Source: Nitrospirales bacterium
GTDB taxonomy: Bacteria; Nitrospirota; Nitrospiria; Nitrospirales; UBA8639
DNA: 64,000 bases
Assembly: GCA_965203295.1 (NCBI GenBank)
Contig: CBDBCZ010000019.1
Span: forward strand, 704,001-768,000
Direction of reading: 5' to 3'
In this document: in pieces, positions 19,862 to 31,795 of the stretch
Layout: each line of letters opens with the position of its first letter
Numbering within the stretch: the stretch's first letter is position 1
The notes under the pieces: model-generated
What the model saw: the letters and a program-made list of their open reading frames with translations, nothing else
Database searches by the model: none
What the model was told of the DNA's origin: nothing
Made by a program: the position numbers and the translations under genes

Positions 19862-20493
19862 ATAGCTCAGCCATGACCGCTGCCCGTGCCTCTCTCCTGA
19901 GTTGTCATGCTTGCCACCAGTTGAGTCAGGCACGGCGACTGCCTGCAGGAAGTCATGCAGTCTGTTCTCGCTGTGAGGCCCGGCTACACCTTCGAAAGCC
20001 TGATAGCATCTCTCGGACCTGGGCACTTGTTCTGGCCGCATTGATTTTATACATTCCTGCCAACGTCTACCCGGTCATGACGGTCATCTCGTTCGGGAAA
20101 TGGGATCCAGACACGATCATGAGTGGAGTGATGGCTCTGCTTGAACATGGGATGTGGCCGCTGGCATTACTGGTTTTTTTCGCCAGCATCATCGTTCCGC
20201 TCACAAAGCTTTTTGTGTTGGTGTATCTTTTACTGTCCGTGCAATACAAATCGCTTTGGCGGCCGAGAGACCGGACATTTCTATACCGGATCACTGAAGT
20301 CGTCGGGCGTTGCTCCATGATTGACGTTTTCATGATTTCGATTTTGATAGCCTTGGTGAAACTCCAGTCGATCGCGACCATCGAACCGGGCGCTGGGGCT
20401 ACATCGTTTGCCGCTGTCGTGATCATCACCATGATTGCGGCATCGAGCTTCGACCCAAGGCTTATTTGGGATGTGATGGAGGAGAAACGATGA
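19858..20493 (+). CDS. pqiA: Paraquat-inducible protein A (C-terminal half type)
   Basis: CHAC, CSRC, RTWAL..LYIPAN, GR.SMIDVF, FDPRLIWD. Confidence 0.9.
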   Translation: MNSSAMTAARASLLSCHACHQLSQARRLPAGSHAVCSRCEARLHLRKPDSISRTWALVLAALILYIPANVYPVMTVISFGKWDPDTIMSGVMALLEHGMWPLALLVFFASIIVPLTKLFVLVYLLLSVQYKSLWRPRDRTFLYRITEVVGRCSMIDVFMISILIALVKLQSIATIEPGAGATSFAAVVIITMIAASSFDPRLIWDVMEEKR

Positions 20494-22161
20494 GTGACGA
20501 GCACTCCGACCAAGCTGACATTGATGAGCTACCTGAAGCCGAGGTAGAAACACGCCATGGGATCTCGATCGTATGGCTTATTCCACTGATTGCCGCACTC
20601 GTCGGTGCTTGGCTTGCCTATAAGACGTTTACCGAAACGGGGCCTACCATTACGATCAGCTTCGATGATGGTGCAGGCCTCGAGGCTGGAAAGACCAAGA
20701 TCAAATTCAAGTCTGTGGAGGTCGGAGTGGTCGAGACTGTCGATCTCGGTGAAGATCTCGGTAATGTCATCGTCACAGCCAAGATGGGGAAGGGTGCGGA
20801 CCCTCACATGACGGAAAATACAAAGTTTTTGGTGGTCCGTCCACGATTAAGGCTCGGTGAGGTCTCGGGGCTCGATACGTTGGTGTCAGGTGCCTATCAT
20901 CGAGGTAGATCCTAAACCCGGTCCTCTCACAAAGACCTTTAAGGGCCTTGAGGAGCCACCGGGTGTGACGTCTCGTGATGTAGGCAGTCAATTCGCCTTG
21001 CGGGCGCAGACGCTCGGTTCGCTGACTTCCCAAGCTCCCGTTTACTTCCGCGATATCGCAGTGGGTGAGGTCTTAGGCCATAAGCTCGCCGATGATGACC
21101 AGGGCGGCGTCATCATCGACATTTTTATTCATGCCCCTCACCACCTCCGTATACGGGATACGAGCCGCTTCTGGAAAGCGAGCGGAATTGAAATCTCAGC
21201 TGACTCGGACGGTTTTGACTTTAGGATGGAATCGATCACGTCGTTGATCGCAGGAGGTATAGCCTTTGATACGCCGGTGACCGCTGGAGGAGCAAAAGCT
21301 CCTAGCAAGGCGGGTACGGTCTTTAAGCTGTTCGAGCGTTTCAGAGACATTGGGGAGTCAAAGTACGTCAGAAAAGTCCCCTATTTATTGTACTTTGACG
21401 GTTCGGTTCGAGGTTTAAGTATTGGAGCTCCTGTAGAGTTCATGGGCATCAAAGTTGGTTCTGTGACCGATATTGCGGTTGACATTAACCCAAAGACCCT
21501 GGATATTAAAATTCCAGTGGTCATCGAGATGGAACCGGAACGGATCGCAAGCACCAAAGTTATCGAATCGCGCGAGAAGTATTCAGGCCTTAAAACATTG
21601 GTGAAGCGTGGACTCCGAGCGCAGTTACAGACCGGGAGCTTGCTGACCGGGAAGCTATTTGTCCAACTCGAATTTTATCCGGATTTTCCTCCGGTGAAGC
21701 TCAAGATGACAGGAAAATATCCGGAAATTCCGACCTTCCCATCCACGATGGACCAGTTTCGGAGGACTGTTACTGATGTGCTAGCAGAGATTAACAGGCT
21801 TCCGCTTGACAAGATTGCCAATGAAGTGCTGGAAACGGTAGAGGGGACGAATCGCTTGATCAATTCTCCCGAAATACTCGAATCTGTCCGCAACTTAAAC
21901 AAGACGCTAGATGACTTTCAGAAACTCACGGGTGATGTTGATGAGAAGGTGATCTCTCTTACAGCCAGTACGGAGAAAACTTTGGTAGCGGCTCGGGCTG
22001 CCCTCAAAGTGGCTGATCCTAACTCTCCAGCTGTTGTGAATCTTAGTAATGCCCTTAAAGAACTGTCGGCTGCCGCGCGCTCCATTCGTGCGTTGGCTGA
22101 CTATCTAGAGCGGCACCCTGAGGCATTGGTCCACGGAAAGGGTGCACCAGGAGGTCAGTAA
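20490..22161 (+). pseudogene. pqiB: PqiB MCE protein, frameshifted near 20897
   Basis: ISIVWLIP..GLEAGKTKIK..LDTLVSGAY then frame switch to IEVDP; extra base in GCCTATCATCGAG. Confidence 0.88.
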
Positions 22162-22163
22162 TC

Positions 22164-22816
22164 ATGAGGCAATGGTTTTTCCGGTTTATTTTGATGGGTT
22201 ATGTCAGTGTTTTGTTTTTGGGAGCGTGGGGTTGCGCAACCACGCAGCCTCCTCAGTTTTACCTCCTGAGTTCTCTCCCTGCTTCAGAATCCCCATCATC
22301 ACCCGACCATCCTGAAGTTGCCCTCTTTATTTCTGAGTTGAGCCCTTATATTGGGGTTGGCCCAATTGACTTACCACCCTATCTGGACCGACCACAGATC
22401 GTCACACACGCGAGTGCCAATGCACTTGGCCTCTCGGAATTTGACAAATGGGCAGAGCCTTTAGATGGCAATGTCTTACGGGTCTTAGCTGAAAATCTTT
22501 CTATTTTGCTCTCGACTGATCGGATGGTACTGTTTCCCTGGTCGGGATCGATTCCGGTTGATTACCAAATAGAAGCAAACATTATTCGATTCGATTCCCA
22601 TCCGAATGGAGATCCGAACTCGCGGTTCGATGGCAAGTTGTAGGTAAAAATGGCCAAGATGTCTTGATTATGAAGATGTCTACGTTCCACACTCCCGCGG
22701 ACGCGAAGGATTACGAATCTGTTGTTTCGGCTCATAGTCAGAATTTAGGGGATTGGAGCCGTACGATTGGCGAAACCATCAAGACACTTCAGGAAAAACC
22801 TCGCTTGCCTGATTAA
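22164..22816 (+). pseudogene. pqiC: PqiC lipoprotein, frameshifted near 22615
   Basis: AWGC lipobox, LPPYLDRPQIV, WAEPL; C-terminus ELAVRWQV..YESVVSAHS..LPD* continues in another frame. Confidence 0.85.
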
Positions 22817-22869
22817 GATCACATGTTGCTTTGTTAGCTTATCACCTTTACCTTCCCTTCTCCTGAATC

Positions 22870-23759
22870 TGACGAAACGGTTCTCACTCAGACCTTGGAT
22901 GCCTTTGAACGTGGATTAAAGGAAAATGTCTCAGAAATCTTTCCTTCCATGATGTACGCGTATGCAGCCATTCGGTGTGGGATTCCATTTGCTAATGGTG
23001 CCCCCAATCTGATGGCAGATATACCTGCTCTAGTGGAACTTGCCCGCAAGATGTGTGTGCTCATTGCCGACAAAGACTTTAAAACCTGACAGACGATGAT
23101 GAAGACCATCATGGCTCCTGGCCTGAAAGCTCGGATGCTTGGTCTTCAAGGATGGTTTTCCACCAACATTCTTGGGAACAGAGATGGGGAAGGCCTTGAT
23201 GACCAAGGATCTTTTCGTAATAAGGAGGTTAGCGAGGGAGGTGTTCTTGATGCTATTTTACAAGCAGACCTTTATCCTGATCTCTCAGTCAGTATTACCA
23301 CAAAATTCGCATTGAGTATTATCCCCCGCGAGGTGATGCGAAAGAAGGGTTGGATAACATAGACATCGTGGGTTGGTTAGGTCAGCCCATGCAAATCAAA
23401 GTGAATTTCCTTTGCCGCGATTCCATACCTCGCTGCCCCTATTCTTCGTGATCTGGTCCTCTTTTAGATCTTGCTCAATGCGCCCACCTAAATCAGGGAT
23501 TCAAGAATGGTTATCCTTTTATTTTAAGTCCCCTATGGCTCGCGCAGATCTCAAGCCTGAACATGATTTATTCATTCAGCACTTGAAACTTACTAATAAC
23601 TCAGAATTCTCGTGAACGAGGAAGTTTTTGATCACTCCGGTCTCTATTACTACGAAGAGGAGCTCACTCTCAACCTCAGGCTCCACCAGACGATCCAACG
23701 TGCTGATTTTTCCACCTTGTTTCGGGAAATGCTGGAAGTGATTTTTGGGGTAACATAAC
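22870..23759 (+). pseudogene. ino1: Myo-inositol-1-phosphate synthase remnant (5'-truncated, stop and frameshifts)
   Basis: YAYAA..PFANGAPN, DFKT*QTMMKT, GWFSTNILGNRDG, GIQEWLSFYFKSP spread over several frames. Confidence 0.88.
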
Positions 23760-24102
23760 TTAGCTAAATAACTTCAGTTTTATGCATTGGAAGAGAGGGA
23801 GTGTGCTCCAACCTAGGTGTTGGTTTTTGGCAAGATGTGCTATTTCCGCAACGGTGTATGTGTGATACGGAAAGCATTATCCTGGTATTTTCGAACATTA
23901 TTCCTAGTTTTCATCGGGATAGACGGTCCTATGTTCTGGCACTTTTTTTGCTTATTTTATATAGTTTGGTTTTCTTAACACAAGAAGACTAACAAGGGTT
24001 TGAGAAATCTACTGTCAGAATATCAAGAGATTTTATCTTTCTACAGTTAGCTGGAATTTTTACTTTGATCATGATGGCCTTCCTGTTATCTAACGAAAAG
24101 GA

Positions 24103-24708
24103 ATGAACCCGGTCTGGCGGATCACCGGGGCTGTAATTTTTTGTGTATTGGTGTTGATGGCGCCTGTCTTTGGTGCCCAACCTTCGCAGGTTGTCATCCA
24201 ATTACAAAGCTCCATCATTTCTATCATGAAGGATGCCCATAGCCTGGATTATGAAAGTCGGTACCGACTCTTTGAACCGCTGGTCAAAAAAAGTCATGAT
24301 CTCCCTTTTGTTGCCAGAGTGACTGCTGGGAGACATTGGAAAAGCTTCAATAAAGACCAAAAAGCCACGTTTGTGAGATCGTTTGCTAAATTAAGCATTT
24401 CCACCTATGCGCACCGATTTGACGGTTATAACGGCGAAACTTTTTCGTTCGTTTCGGAGAAACCTCTTCCCCGTGGGAAAATATTGGTCGAGACCATTTT
24501 TGCGAAGTCTGATGGCGACACCTTGCAGTTTAACTATCTTCTTCGCCCGGTGAAGGACGAATGGCGAATCATTAATGTTATCGTCGATGGTATCAGTGAT
24601 TTAGCACTCAAACGTGCGGAGTACACAAGCGTCATAGAAAAAGGTGGGTTTTCTGTTTTGATTGATAAACTGGAAGACCAAGCTAAACGATATGCCAATT
24701 CCCACTAA
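24103..24708 (+). CDS. HpnM/MlaC (Ttg2D) periplasmic lipid-binding protein
   Basis: GRHWK..QK..F, YA.RFDGY.GE.F, WRIINVIVDGISDLALKRAEY. Confidence 0.85.
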   Translation: MNPVWRITGAVIFCVLVLMAPVFGAQPSQVVIQLQSSIISIMKDAHSLDYESRYRLFEPLVKKSHDLPFVARVTAGRHWKSFNKDQKATFVRSFAKLSISTYAHRFDGYNGETFSFVSEKPLPRGKILVETIFAKSDGDTLQFNYLLRPVKDEWRIINVIVDGISDLALKRAEYTSVIEKGGFSVLIDKLEDQAKRYANSH

Positions 24709-24751
24709 CTCCATGAATTGTATTGGTAAGCGAGGGCAAGACGGGTAGGCG

Positions 24752-25612
24752 ATGATCAAGAATCTGCTGAGAACCAACTTCCTACTGGTACCCCTCTTTC
24801 TTTTTGGGATACTGCTATTGATGAGTGGATGTGCGACTACCCAACCAACAGACCAGACGCATGATCCCTTTGAGGGTTTCAATCGGTCCAGTCATCAGTT
24901 CAATGCAATGCTCGACAAGTACCTGTTAAAGCCCGTTTCCGATACCTATGTGGCTGGGACCCATCCCAATCTCCGTCTGACCGTTTCCAACTTCTACGAT
25001 AACCTCAACTACCTGAATGTCATTTCTAACGACTTTTTGCAAGGTAAATTCAAGCAAGGCGCTTTAGATACAGGTCGCTTTATAGTGAATACGACGATTG
25101 GGGTGGCTGGGTTTTTCGATGCGGCTACCGCGTTTGGATTTGAAAGACACCATGAAGATTTTGGCCAAACGTTAGCAGTCTGGGGAGTTGGACAAGGTCC
25201 ATATATTGAGGCACCTCTTCTCGGGCCGACCACCGGCCGAGATGTTTTCAGCCAGGGTTCCAATACCTTAACCAATCCAATTACCTATATAAGCCTGCCT
25301 GTCATTATTGCGGGAGTCACAGTTGTAGCACCCATTTTGATACTTGGAGTCATCGACGCGAGATCACGAGTGGATGCTGCCATTCAAGCTCGGGATGAGA
25401 TTGCTTTGGACACGTATGTTTTTACCCGCGAAGCCTATCTTCAAGAACGGAAATTTAAGATTCATGATGGAAACCCGCCAGACGAAGATCTCTACGATGA
25501 AAACTTCTTCGATGGAATTGAAGAATCTAAGGAATCGGTTGATGTCATGCTGATAGATAAAGAATCTGTGGAGGAAACAGAGTCTTCTGAAGATCCAGAT
25601 GCTGAAGATTAA
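24752..25612 (+). CDS. mlaA: VacJ/MlaA lipoprotein
   Basis: SGC lipobox, DPFEGFNR, RFIVNTTIG, EDFGQTLAVWG..GPY..PLLGP. Confidence 0.92.
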   Translation: MIKNLLRTNFLLVPLFLFGILLLMSGCATTQPTDQTHDPFEGFNRSSHQFNAMLDKYLLKPVSDTYVAGTHPNLRLTVSNFYDNLNYLNVISNDFLQGKFKQGALDTGRFIVNTTIGVAGFFDAATAFGFERHHEDFGQTLAVWGVGQGPYIEAPLLGPTTGRDVFSQGSNTLTNPITYISLPVIIAGVTVVAPILILGVIDARSRVDAAIQARDEIALDTYVFTREAYLQERKFKIHDGNPPDEDLYDENFFDGIEESKESVDVMLIDKESVEETESSEDPDAED

Positions 25613-25902
25613 AGTCTGCTGAATGAAACCCCGAGAATTTCTTTAAGCGTCGATTTACAACCCTCCGTCATCTCTTTCTTCATTCAAACTGAAAATCCCC
25701 TATACCTCTTTCTCCATAGGGTAAAGAACCACTTCATTTTCCAGGAGAGGGTTGCCACCCTCTGAAGTTAGATGCCGCACGGACTTTTTCTATTTGCTAC
25801 GCGGTTAGAAATTCGCATTCTCACTGTGAAGCTAAGCGTGAAATCGGAAAGAGAAGAAGAAAATAGATGTGATTCTGATTTATCTTCAAAGATCAGGAGA
25901 AA

Positions 25903-28548
25903 TTATGAAAGGGTTCGTCTTTTTCGGAGTTCCAATTCTGCAAGAATCGATGGAAGAACCACCAGTGTACATAAGAGTGCGAAGAACAAAGAGAGTGTTA
26001 GGATAATTCCGATTGAGGATATTCCGATATGATTGGAGAATCCCAAAGTCCCGAATGAGCCAATGGTCGTCAAGGCACTAAACAGGACAGCACGAGGGGT
26101 ACTGCTTTCAAAAAGGGTCTTGGTATCGACACCACTGCGATGTCGGAGAATCAAATATATTCCAAATGCCATTCCAAGACCCAACAACAGGGGTAGAGCA
26201 ATGATGTTAGCAAGGTTTAGTGGAACGGAGAGAAGCACAGAACTCGCGATCGTAAGGGCCACGGCTGACAACAAGGGGATTAATACGAGTATGGTGTCCC
26301 GCAAATTAGAAAGAACCATTAACAGCAATACCAGTGAGGCAATGAGCGTAATCGCTGTGGCTTGAAGACAGGCTCTCACGACGGTATCTCCTCCCTCGAG
26401 AATCGAGACTGGTGTATCTGTTGCATTCGGCTCGATGGTCTGAACCGACCTGACAAACTTACGCAACATCTCGTTGTCGGTAAGGTCATCAGCTGGGAAT
26501 ACTTGAACGCGTGTGCGACCATCAGAAGCAAGGTATCGTTCTCGCAAATCCTGAGGGAGATCACCAATGGTGACTTCGGATGCGGTTAACAGATTTTGTA
26601 GCTTGTCGAGGTTCTTTGAAAAATCGCCCAACATCCTTTTCTCATATTCTTTAAGGAATTGATCCGGCCAGCCAGGAGCCTCCTGCATTTCCTCAAGAAG
26701 TCCAGCCAGCTGCTTAAGGCTTGCGGTAAATGTAGCAGACCTTTCTTTCTCATCCCATTGCTTCAGCTTCTCTGAAAACACGTTGATGGCGTGAACCTGT
26801 TCTTCAGTCTCAGGTGGAGGCAGGTAACTGACGGGTATTGCCACCGGTTGAAGGACGAGATTCATGTCTTCGATGATCGCTAATTTTTCATCTTGGTTTT
26901 TGGGGACAAAACTTGCAAGTGTAATGGTCTTATCGACTTCGTCTAATTTCTCAAGCTCGGAAGCTATGGCCTGAGCTGAAACCAAGTCATCTGCAAGAAC
27001 CGAAATGGTGTATGGTGTGCTCTTTGGATCTCGAAGCAAATCCTGAAAGGTTGCCACACTTTCTGTCGTCGGATCCTTAAGGTTCACAGGATTAAAATCG
27101 AACTGCGCTTTTGGGAGAATGGTCAATGCCCCTCCAATCACGAGTGCGGTTAACGCTAATATCTGGCGCCGGTGGGCAACGGCAATGACATTCACTCCAA
27201 AAAACAGTCCAACTCTGGAGGTCCGTCTATTTGCACGATGAATTGGAATCAAGCTGAGTAAGGCAGGCAAAAGAGAGATATTCACAAAAAGGGCAATAAC
27301 CATTCCTCCGCCGGCAATCAGCCCGAGTTCTCGAAATCCTTGATAACTGGTAGGAAGAAACGAGAAAAAACTAATAGCCGCCGCCGCTGCTGCCAGTGTC
27401 AAGGCTCCACCCACTCCGCCTGCGGCTCGTGACAACGCCACAGCATGAACGCTGCCACGATCAATCTCTTCTCTGTAGCGCATGCCAAACTGGATACCGA
27501 AATCGACCCCAAGGCCAATAAAGAGCACGGGAAAGGTGACCGAAAGGAGGTTCAGGTGCCCAACGGTTAAAGTCGCAAAAGCAGTGGTCCATATGAGGCC
27601 TATAAAAAGAGTGATCAAGATCGAATTAATCAGTCGAGCTGATCGAAAACCTAAATAGAGCAATATCCACAACAGGACAAAAGATAACAAGGTCGCAAGA
27701 CCAGCACCGCTCGAGACGCTTTCAAGCTCCTCGTCAGCCATGACGACGGCTCCTGTTAAACGAATACGGATCCCTCCTTGCTCTTCCCTTTCTACCTTTC
27801 GAGCAAGATGACGGATTCTCTCGATAGCATCTCCACCGGATTGCAAGCTCTGAAAATCCTGGTGAGGTTGGATGAGGATGAAACTTCGATGTTCGTTTCC
27901 TAGCGTCTGCTCGACTTCAAGAAAGTCATCATGCCAGACATTATGGCTAGGGTGTCCGGAAAATTGCGCGATAATCGTCTCGCTGATTCCATTAAAAATC
28001 TTGGTCAGGAGGGTTTGATGGTGGGAGCTGATGTCCTGGTCGAAGGCTTTGCCTAACCCTGAAAAGAGGCCACGAAGGCTGGGATCACGAGACACTGTCC
28101 CTAGAAATGGCTCCGCTTCAGTGAGTCGTTTGTCCACGTCCCAAAGTTCCTCGGTGTCCAAGTAGAGTAACCCGTACCGAGAAAAAAAAGGGCCATGACC
28201 TGGTCGATAGAGCGAACGGAACAAGGTTGGCTCCTGTCGAAGTGTTTCGCTAAATGCATCTGCTACTTCCCGAGCACGACCCCCTGTCTTGGCATCGATG
28301 ACAATCACGAGAACGTCATCCAATTGTGGAAAGGCCCCCTCAAAATCCAACTTGACCTGTCGGAAGGTAAGATCCTTATCGAGCATGTTCATCGTATTGG
28401 TATCGAGCACAAGATGAGTCGCCGTGTAATAAATAAGCACCGCAGTCAAGAGGCTGGCGCCCCCCACGACCCAAGCAGCATAGTACCGACAATGATCAAC
28501 AAGTCGCACAAGGAAGCGACGATAGATATGTTCAGATTCAGCGAGCAA
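25903..28548 (-). CDS. MMPL/RND transporter, HpnN-like (hopanoid-associated)
   Basis: Two TM clusters, LFIGLGVDFGIQF, FDFNP.NLKDP..ESV, RAVLFSALTT..FGTL. Confidence 0.85.
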   Translation of the reverse strand: MLAESEHIYRRFLVRLVDHCRYYAAWVVGGASLLTAVLIYYTATHLVLDTNTMNMLDKDLTFRQVKLDFEGAFPQLDDVLVIVIDAKTGGRAREVADAFSETLRQEPTLFRSLYRPGHGPFFSRYGLLYLDTEELWDVDKRLTEAEPFLGTVSRDPSLRGLFSGLGKAFDQDISSHHQTLLTKIFNGISETIIAQFSGHPSHNVWHDDFLEVEQTLGNEHRSFILIQPHQDFQSLQSGGDAIERIRHLARKVEREEQGGIRIRLTGAVVMADEELESVSSGAGLATLLSFVLLWILLYLGFRSARLINSILITLFIGLIWTTAFATLTVGHLNLLSVTFPVLFIGLGVDFGIQFGMRYREEIDRGSVHAVALSRAAGGVGGALTLAAAAAAISFFSFLPTSYQGFRELGLIAGGGMVIALFVNISLLPALLSLIPIHRANRRTSRVGLFFGVNVIAVAHRRQILALTALVIGGALTILPKAQFDFNPVNLKDPTTESVATFQDLLRDPKSTPYTISVLADDLVSAQAIASELEKLDEVDKTITLASFVPKNQDEKLAIIEDMNLVLQPVAIPVSYLPPPETEEQVHAINVFSEKLKQWDEKERSATFTASLKQLAGLLEEMQEAPGWPDQFLKEYEKRMLGDFSKNLDKLQNLLTASEVTIGDLPQDLRERYLASDGRTRVQVFPADDLTDNEMLRKFVRSVQTIEPNATDTPVSILEGGDTVVRACLQATAITLIASLVLLLMVLSNLRDTILVLIPLLSAVALTIASSVLLSVPLNLANIIALPLLLGLGMAFGIYLILRHRSGVDTKTLFESSTPRAVLFSALTTIGSFGTLGFSNHIGISSIGIILTLSLFFALLCTLVVLPSILAELELRKRRTLS

Positions 28549-28684
28549 GGGAGACCCTTTCCTTTATGTGTCGTGACCCTTCAGTTTTCTGGGTAGACCA
28601 AGCACGGTCAGATTGGATCAGAAGATTTTTCAGAGGGAAGAAAGATGGGGTAACCTCAACGGATAGGAGGATCGGAATGACAGT

Positions 28685-29323
28685 CTAACGCGTCGAAGGA
28701 TTAATGCCCCAATCATCCGCTGTCCCTCTGATAGCCCCAGCAGAACACATTTCTTGAATGGCATGCTGGGAATCATCAGGGTGAACGTTGATCCCTCGAA
28801 TGGCATCCTCAAGAACCACGACCCGAAATCCCAGTTTGCAAGCATCCAACACGGTGAGTTTGACACAGTAGTCAGTGGCTAATCCTACGACATACAATGA
28901 TTTCGCTGCCACATCCTCTAACCGGTCTTGTAAAGAAGTTCCGTCGAAACCAGAATAAGCTTATTGCTTGGGATCCGTGGCTCCCGACACAAAAAGGGTT
29001 CCGGGAGGGATTTTTAAATCAGAATGAAACTGAGCGCCCCACGAGCCCTGTACGCAATGTGATGGCCAGGGTCCGCCCTGCTCTTTGAATGAGCAATGAT
29101 TGGGTGGATGCCAATCACGGGTTGCGATGATTGGGCTTCCCTGAGCCGCAAATTGCTGAATGTAGTCATTAACAAGTGGAATAATTTCATCCCCTCCTGC
29201 AATGGGCAGAGCTCCTCCAGGGCAAAAATCATTTTGTAAATGAACCAGAAGCAACACTGAATGGGCATCCAGTTGAGCAACGAACCCTTTTCGTCCTGCC
29301 GGATTGTTCTTAGCCAATTTCAT
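28685..29323 (-). pseudogene. pncA: Nicotinamidase/pyrazinamidase with in-frame TAA
   Basis: QNDFCPGGAL, TRDWHP..H, WP.HCVQG, Q*AYSGF (TAA 28961-28963), GLATDYCV; catalytic D of DxQNDF reads H. Confidence 0.9.
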
Positions 29324-30216
29324 CAGGCCACGATCTCCGTTCCAATGCCTTTGTCCGTGAAAATCTCTAATAGAATGGCATGAGGTATGCGTCCATCGAT
29401 AATGTGGGCCTTATGCACTCCTCCTTCCAAACCCATCAGGCATGCGCGAACTTTGGGTAACATGCCTTCGCCGATCGTTCCCTTTTTCACCATTCGTTCG
29501 GCATCTTTTCTTGAAAGAGTCGAAACATGCTGCTTCTGGGCATTTCTAATTCCTTTGACGTCGGTCAGGACTAATAATTTTTCAGCCTTCAGGGCCGCAG
29601 CCACACTGCCTGCCACCAGGTCCGCATTGATATTATGGGGTTTACCTTTCTTATCCACTCCAATGGGTGCAATCACTGGGATGAAATGATCTTGTTGTAA
29701 TTTGGTCAAAATGTGGGGATTAATCTTTTCCACTTCTCCCACTAATCCATATTCTTCATCCGTGCTTGTGAGTCCTTCTTGTGAAAGACCTTGTGACCAG
29801 CTTGTTGCACTAAAGGGTTTTGACAAGATCAGTTTGCCGTCTTTACCCGTCAAGCCTACGGCCTGCGCACCATGCTGATTAAGAAGGGTCACGATTTCTT
29901 TATTAATCTTTCCACCTAGGACCATTTCCACCACATCCATTGTGGCTTGATCTGTGACACGAACCCCTCGACGAAATGTTGGCTGAATTCCCAGCCTGGA
30001 TAACATCATGTCAATCTGGGTTCCCCCACCATGAACGATCACGGGGTTGAGCCCGACGTATTTCATCAATACCACATCTTCCGCGAACCCATCTTTGAGG
30101 CTCTCCTGAGTCATGGCCTTCCCACCATATTTAATCACGATGGTCTTCCCGGTAAAGGTACGGATGTACGGAAGGGCCTCGATTAACACACTGGCTTTTT
30201 CAATAAGCTTATTCAT
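29323..30216 (-). CDS. argB: Acetylglutamate kinase
   Basis: EALPYI..VIKYGG, VHGGG, NINAD, GMLPK, LLEIFT..GIGT. Confidence 0.97.
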   Translation of the reverse strand: MNKLIEKASVLIEALPYIRTFTGKTIVIKYGGKAMTQESLKDGFAEDVVLMKYVGLNPVIVHGGGTQIDMMLSRLGIQPTFRRGVRVTDQATMDVVEMVLGGKINKEIVTLLNQHGAQAVGLTGKDGKLILSKPFSATSWSQGLSQEGLTSTDEEYGLVGEVEKINPHILTKLQQDHFIPVIAPIGVDKKGKPHNINADLVAGSVAAALKAEKLLVLTDVKGIRNAQKQHVSTLSRKDAERMVKKGTIGEGMLPKVRACLMGLEGGVHKAHIIDGRIPHAILLEIFTDKGIGTEIVA

Positions 30217-30221
30217 CAGTA

Positions 30222-30390
30222 CAGAGTTTAAAGTTTCGAATAAAAAAGTTTCGAGTTCAAAGTTTCAAATTTAAGGCTACATAGTGAAATTTTTGAAGAT
30301 CAGGATTCACTTTCCCAGTTAAGTAAGATCTAGCTTCTAACCTCCGAAAACTTTGAACTTGAAACTTTAAACCAGAAACTAGAAAGTTTA
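30222..30390. repeat. Two inverted arrays of degenerate heptamer repeats
   Basis: (A/G)AGTTT(A/C)-type units at ~30222-30276 and complementary AAACTT(T/G)-type units at ~30348-30386. Confidence 0.6.
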
Positions 30391-31794
30391 TAGGATAAAC
30401 CGACTCAAGTCTTGATCTTTGACGATGTCCTTGAGATGTTCTTTCACATATGTGGCATCGATCAAAACTTTCTTATCTTCGAGTTCTTGTGCTTCAAAGG
30501 AAATGTGCTCGAGTAATCGTTCGACAATGGTAAATAGGCGTCGAGCTCCAATGTTTTCGGTTCGATCATTGACCTGAACAGCTGTCCCTGCAATTTCTTC
30601 GAGCCCATCTGGGGTAAATTCTAACAAGATTCCTTCAGTGGCCATTAAGGCTTGATATTGCTTAATGAGCGCGTTCTTGGGTTCAGTGAGGATTCGAATG
30701 AGATCACTTTTGGTGAGAGGCTCCAGTTCGACTCGAATGGGAAATCTTCCTTGCAGCTCTGGGATCAAATCAGAGGGTTTGGATACATGAAAGGCCCCTG
30801 CCGCAACAAAAAGAATATGGTCTGTTTTCACTGGTCCATGTTTGGTGTTGACGGTTGATCCTTCAACGATGGGAAGAAGGTCCCGCTGAACACCTTCTCG
30901 GGAAATATCCGGTCCCAGGTGTTTTTCCCGCCCCGCAATTTTATCAATTTCGTCCAAAAACACGATTCCTGAATCTTCCACGCGGGCAATGGCCTGTTTG
31001 GTTATTTCTTCCATATCAAGAAGTTTCTGTGCCTCTTCTTCTTCTAAATGTTTTAAGGCCTCCGGAACTTTCATGTTCCGATTCTTTTTTCGTCCAGGCA
31101 TGAGGCCACCTAGCATCTCCCGCAGGTTATTTTCTAGATCCTCCATTCCTCCTACATTGGAAATGATCCCAACTGGGAGCCCGCCCCGCTCTTTGACCTC
31201 GAGTTCTACTGTTCGATTGGCTAATTTGCCTTCTCGTAGCTGCAGGCGGAGTTTTGACCGTGTGGCTTCACCGGCATTCAGGCTTTTCTGGGATAACCAT
31301 TCCTCACTGGCATCTTCCTTGTTCTCCAATGGCCTACTGGAAGGGGAAGATGGGAGAAGTAACTCTAGAAGTCGTTCCTCGGCGAATTCTTCGGCTTTTC
31401 GGCGGACTTGCTCCAAATGAGCTGTCTTGACCATACTCACCGATTGTTCGGTGAGGTCTCGGATAATGGATTCTACATCCCGTCCCACATACCCGACTTC
31501 AGTGAATTTGGACGCCTCGACCTTGATGAATGGAGCATCAGCCAGTTTAGCCAGCCGCCGAGATATTTCTGTTTTGCCGACACCGGTTGGACCAATCATG
31601 ATGATATTTTTAGGAAAGATCTCTTCTCGTAGCTCTGGACTCAATTGTTGTCGGCGCCACCGATTTCGAAGGGCAATCGCCACCATGCGCTTTGCATCAC
31701 GTTGACCGATGACATACCGGTCCAGCTCTTCGACGATTTGTCGAGGAGTGAGTGTGTCAAGTTTTTTCAGTGCTTGGATTGTCTGCGTATCCAT
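30388..31794 (-). CDS. hslU: ATP-dependent protease ATPase subunit HslU
   Basis: [41 protein letters not shown]. Confidence 0.98.
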   Translation of the reverse strand: MDTQTIQALKKLDTLTPRQIVEELDRYVIGQRDAKRMVAIALRNRWRRQQLSPELREEIFPKNIIMIGPTGVGKTEISRRLAKLADAPFIKVEASKFTEVGYVGRDVESIIRDLTEQSVSMVKTAHLEQVRRKAEEFAEERLLELLLPSSPSSRPLENKEDASEEWLSQKSLNAGEATRSKLRLQLREGKLANRTVELEVKERGGLPVGIISNVGGMEDLENNLREMLGGLMPGRKKNRNMKVPEALKHLEEEEAQKLLDMEEITKQAIARVEDSGIVFLDEIDKIAGREKHLGPDISREGVQRDLLPIVEGSTVNTKHGPVKTDHILFVAAGAFHVSKPSDLIPELQGRFPIRVELEPLTKSDLIRILTEPKNALIKQYQALMATEGILLEFTPDGLEEIAGTAVQVNDRTENIGARRLFTIVERLLEHISFEAQELEDKKVLIDATYVKEHLKDIVKDQDLSRFIL

Positions 31795-31795
31795 A

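Noticed and set aside
20857..20915. Programmed frameshift in pqiB
   Set aside because: No slippery heptamer or homopolymer at the junction, and neighbouring pqiC is also broken.
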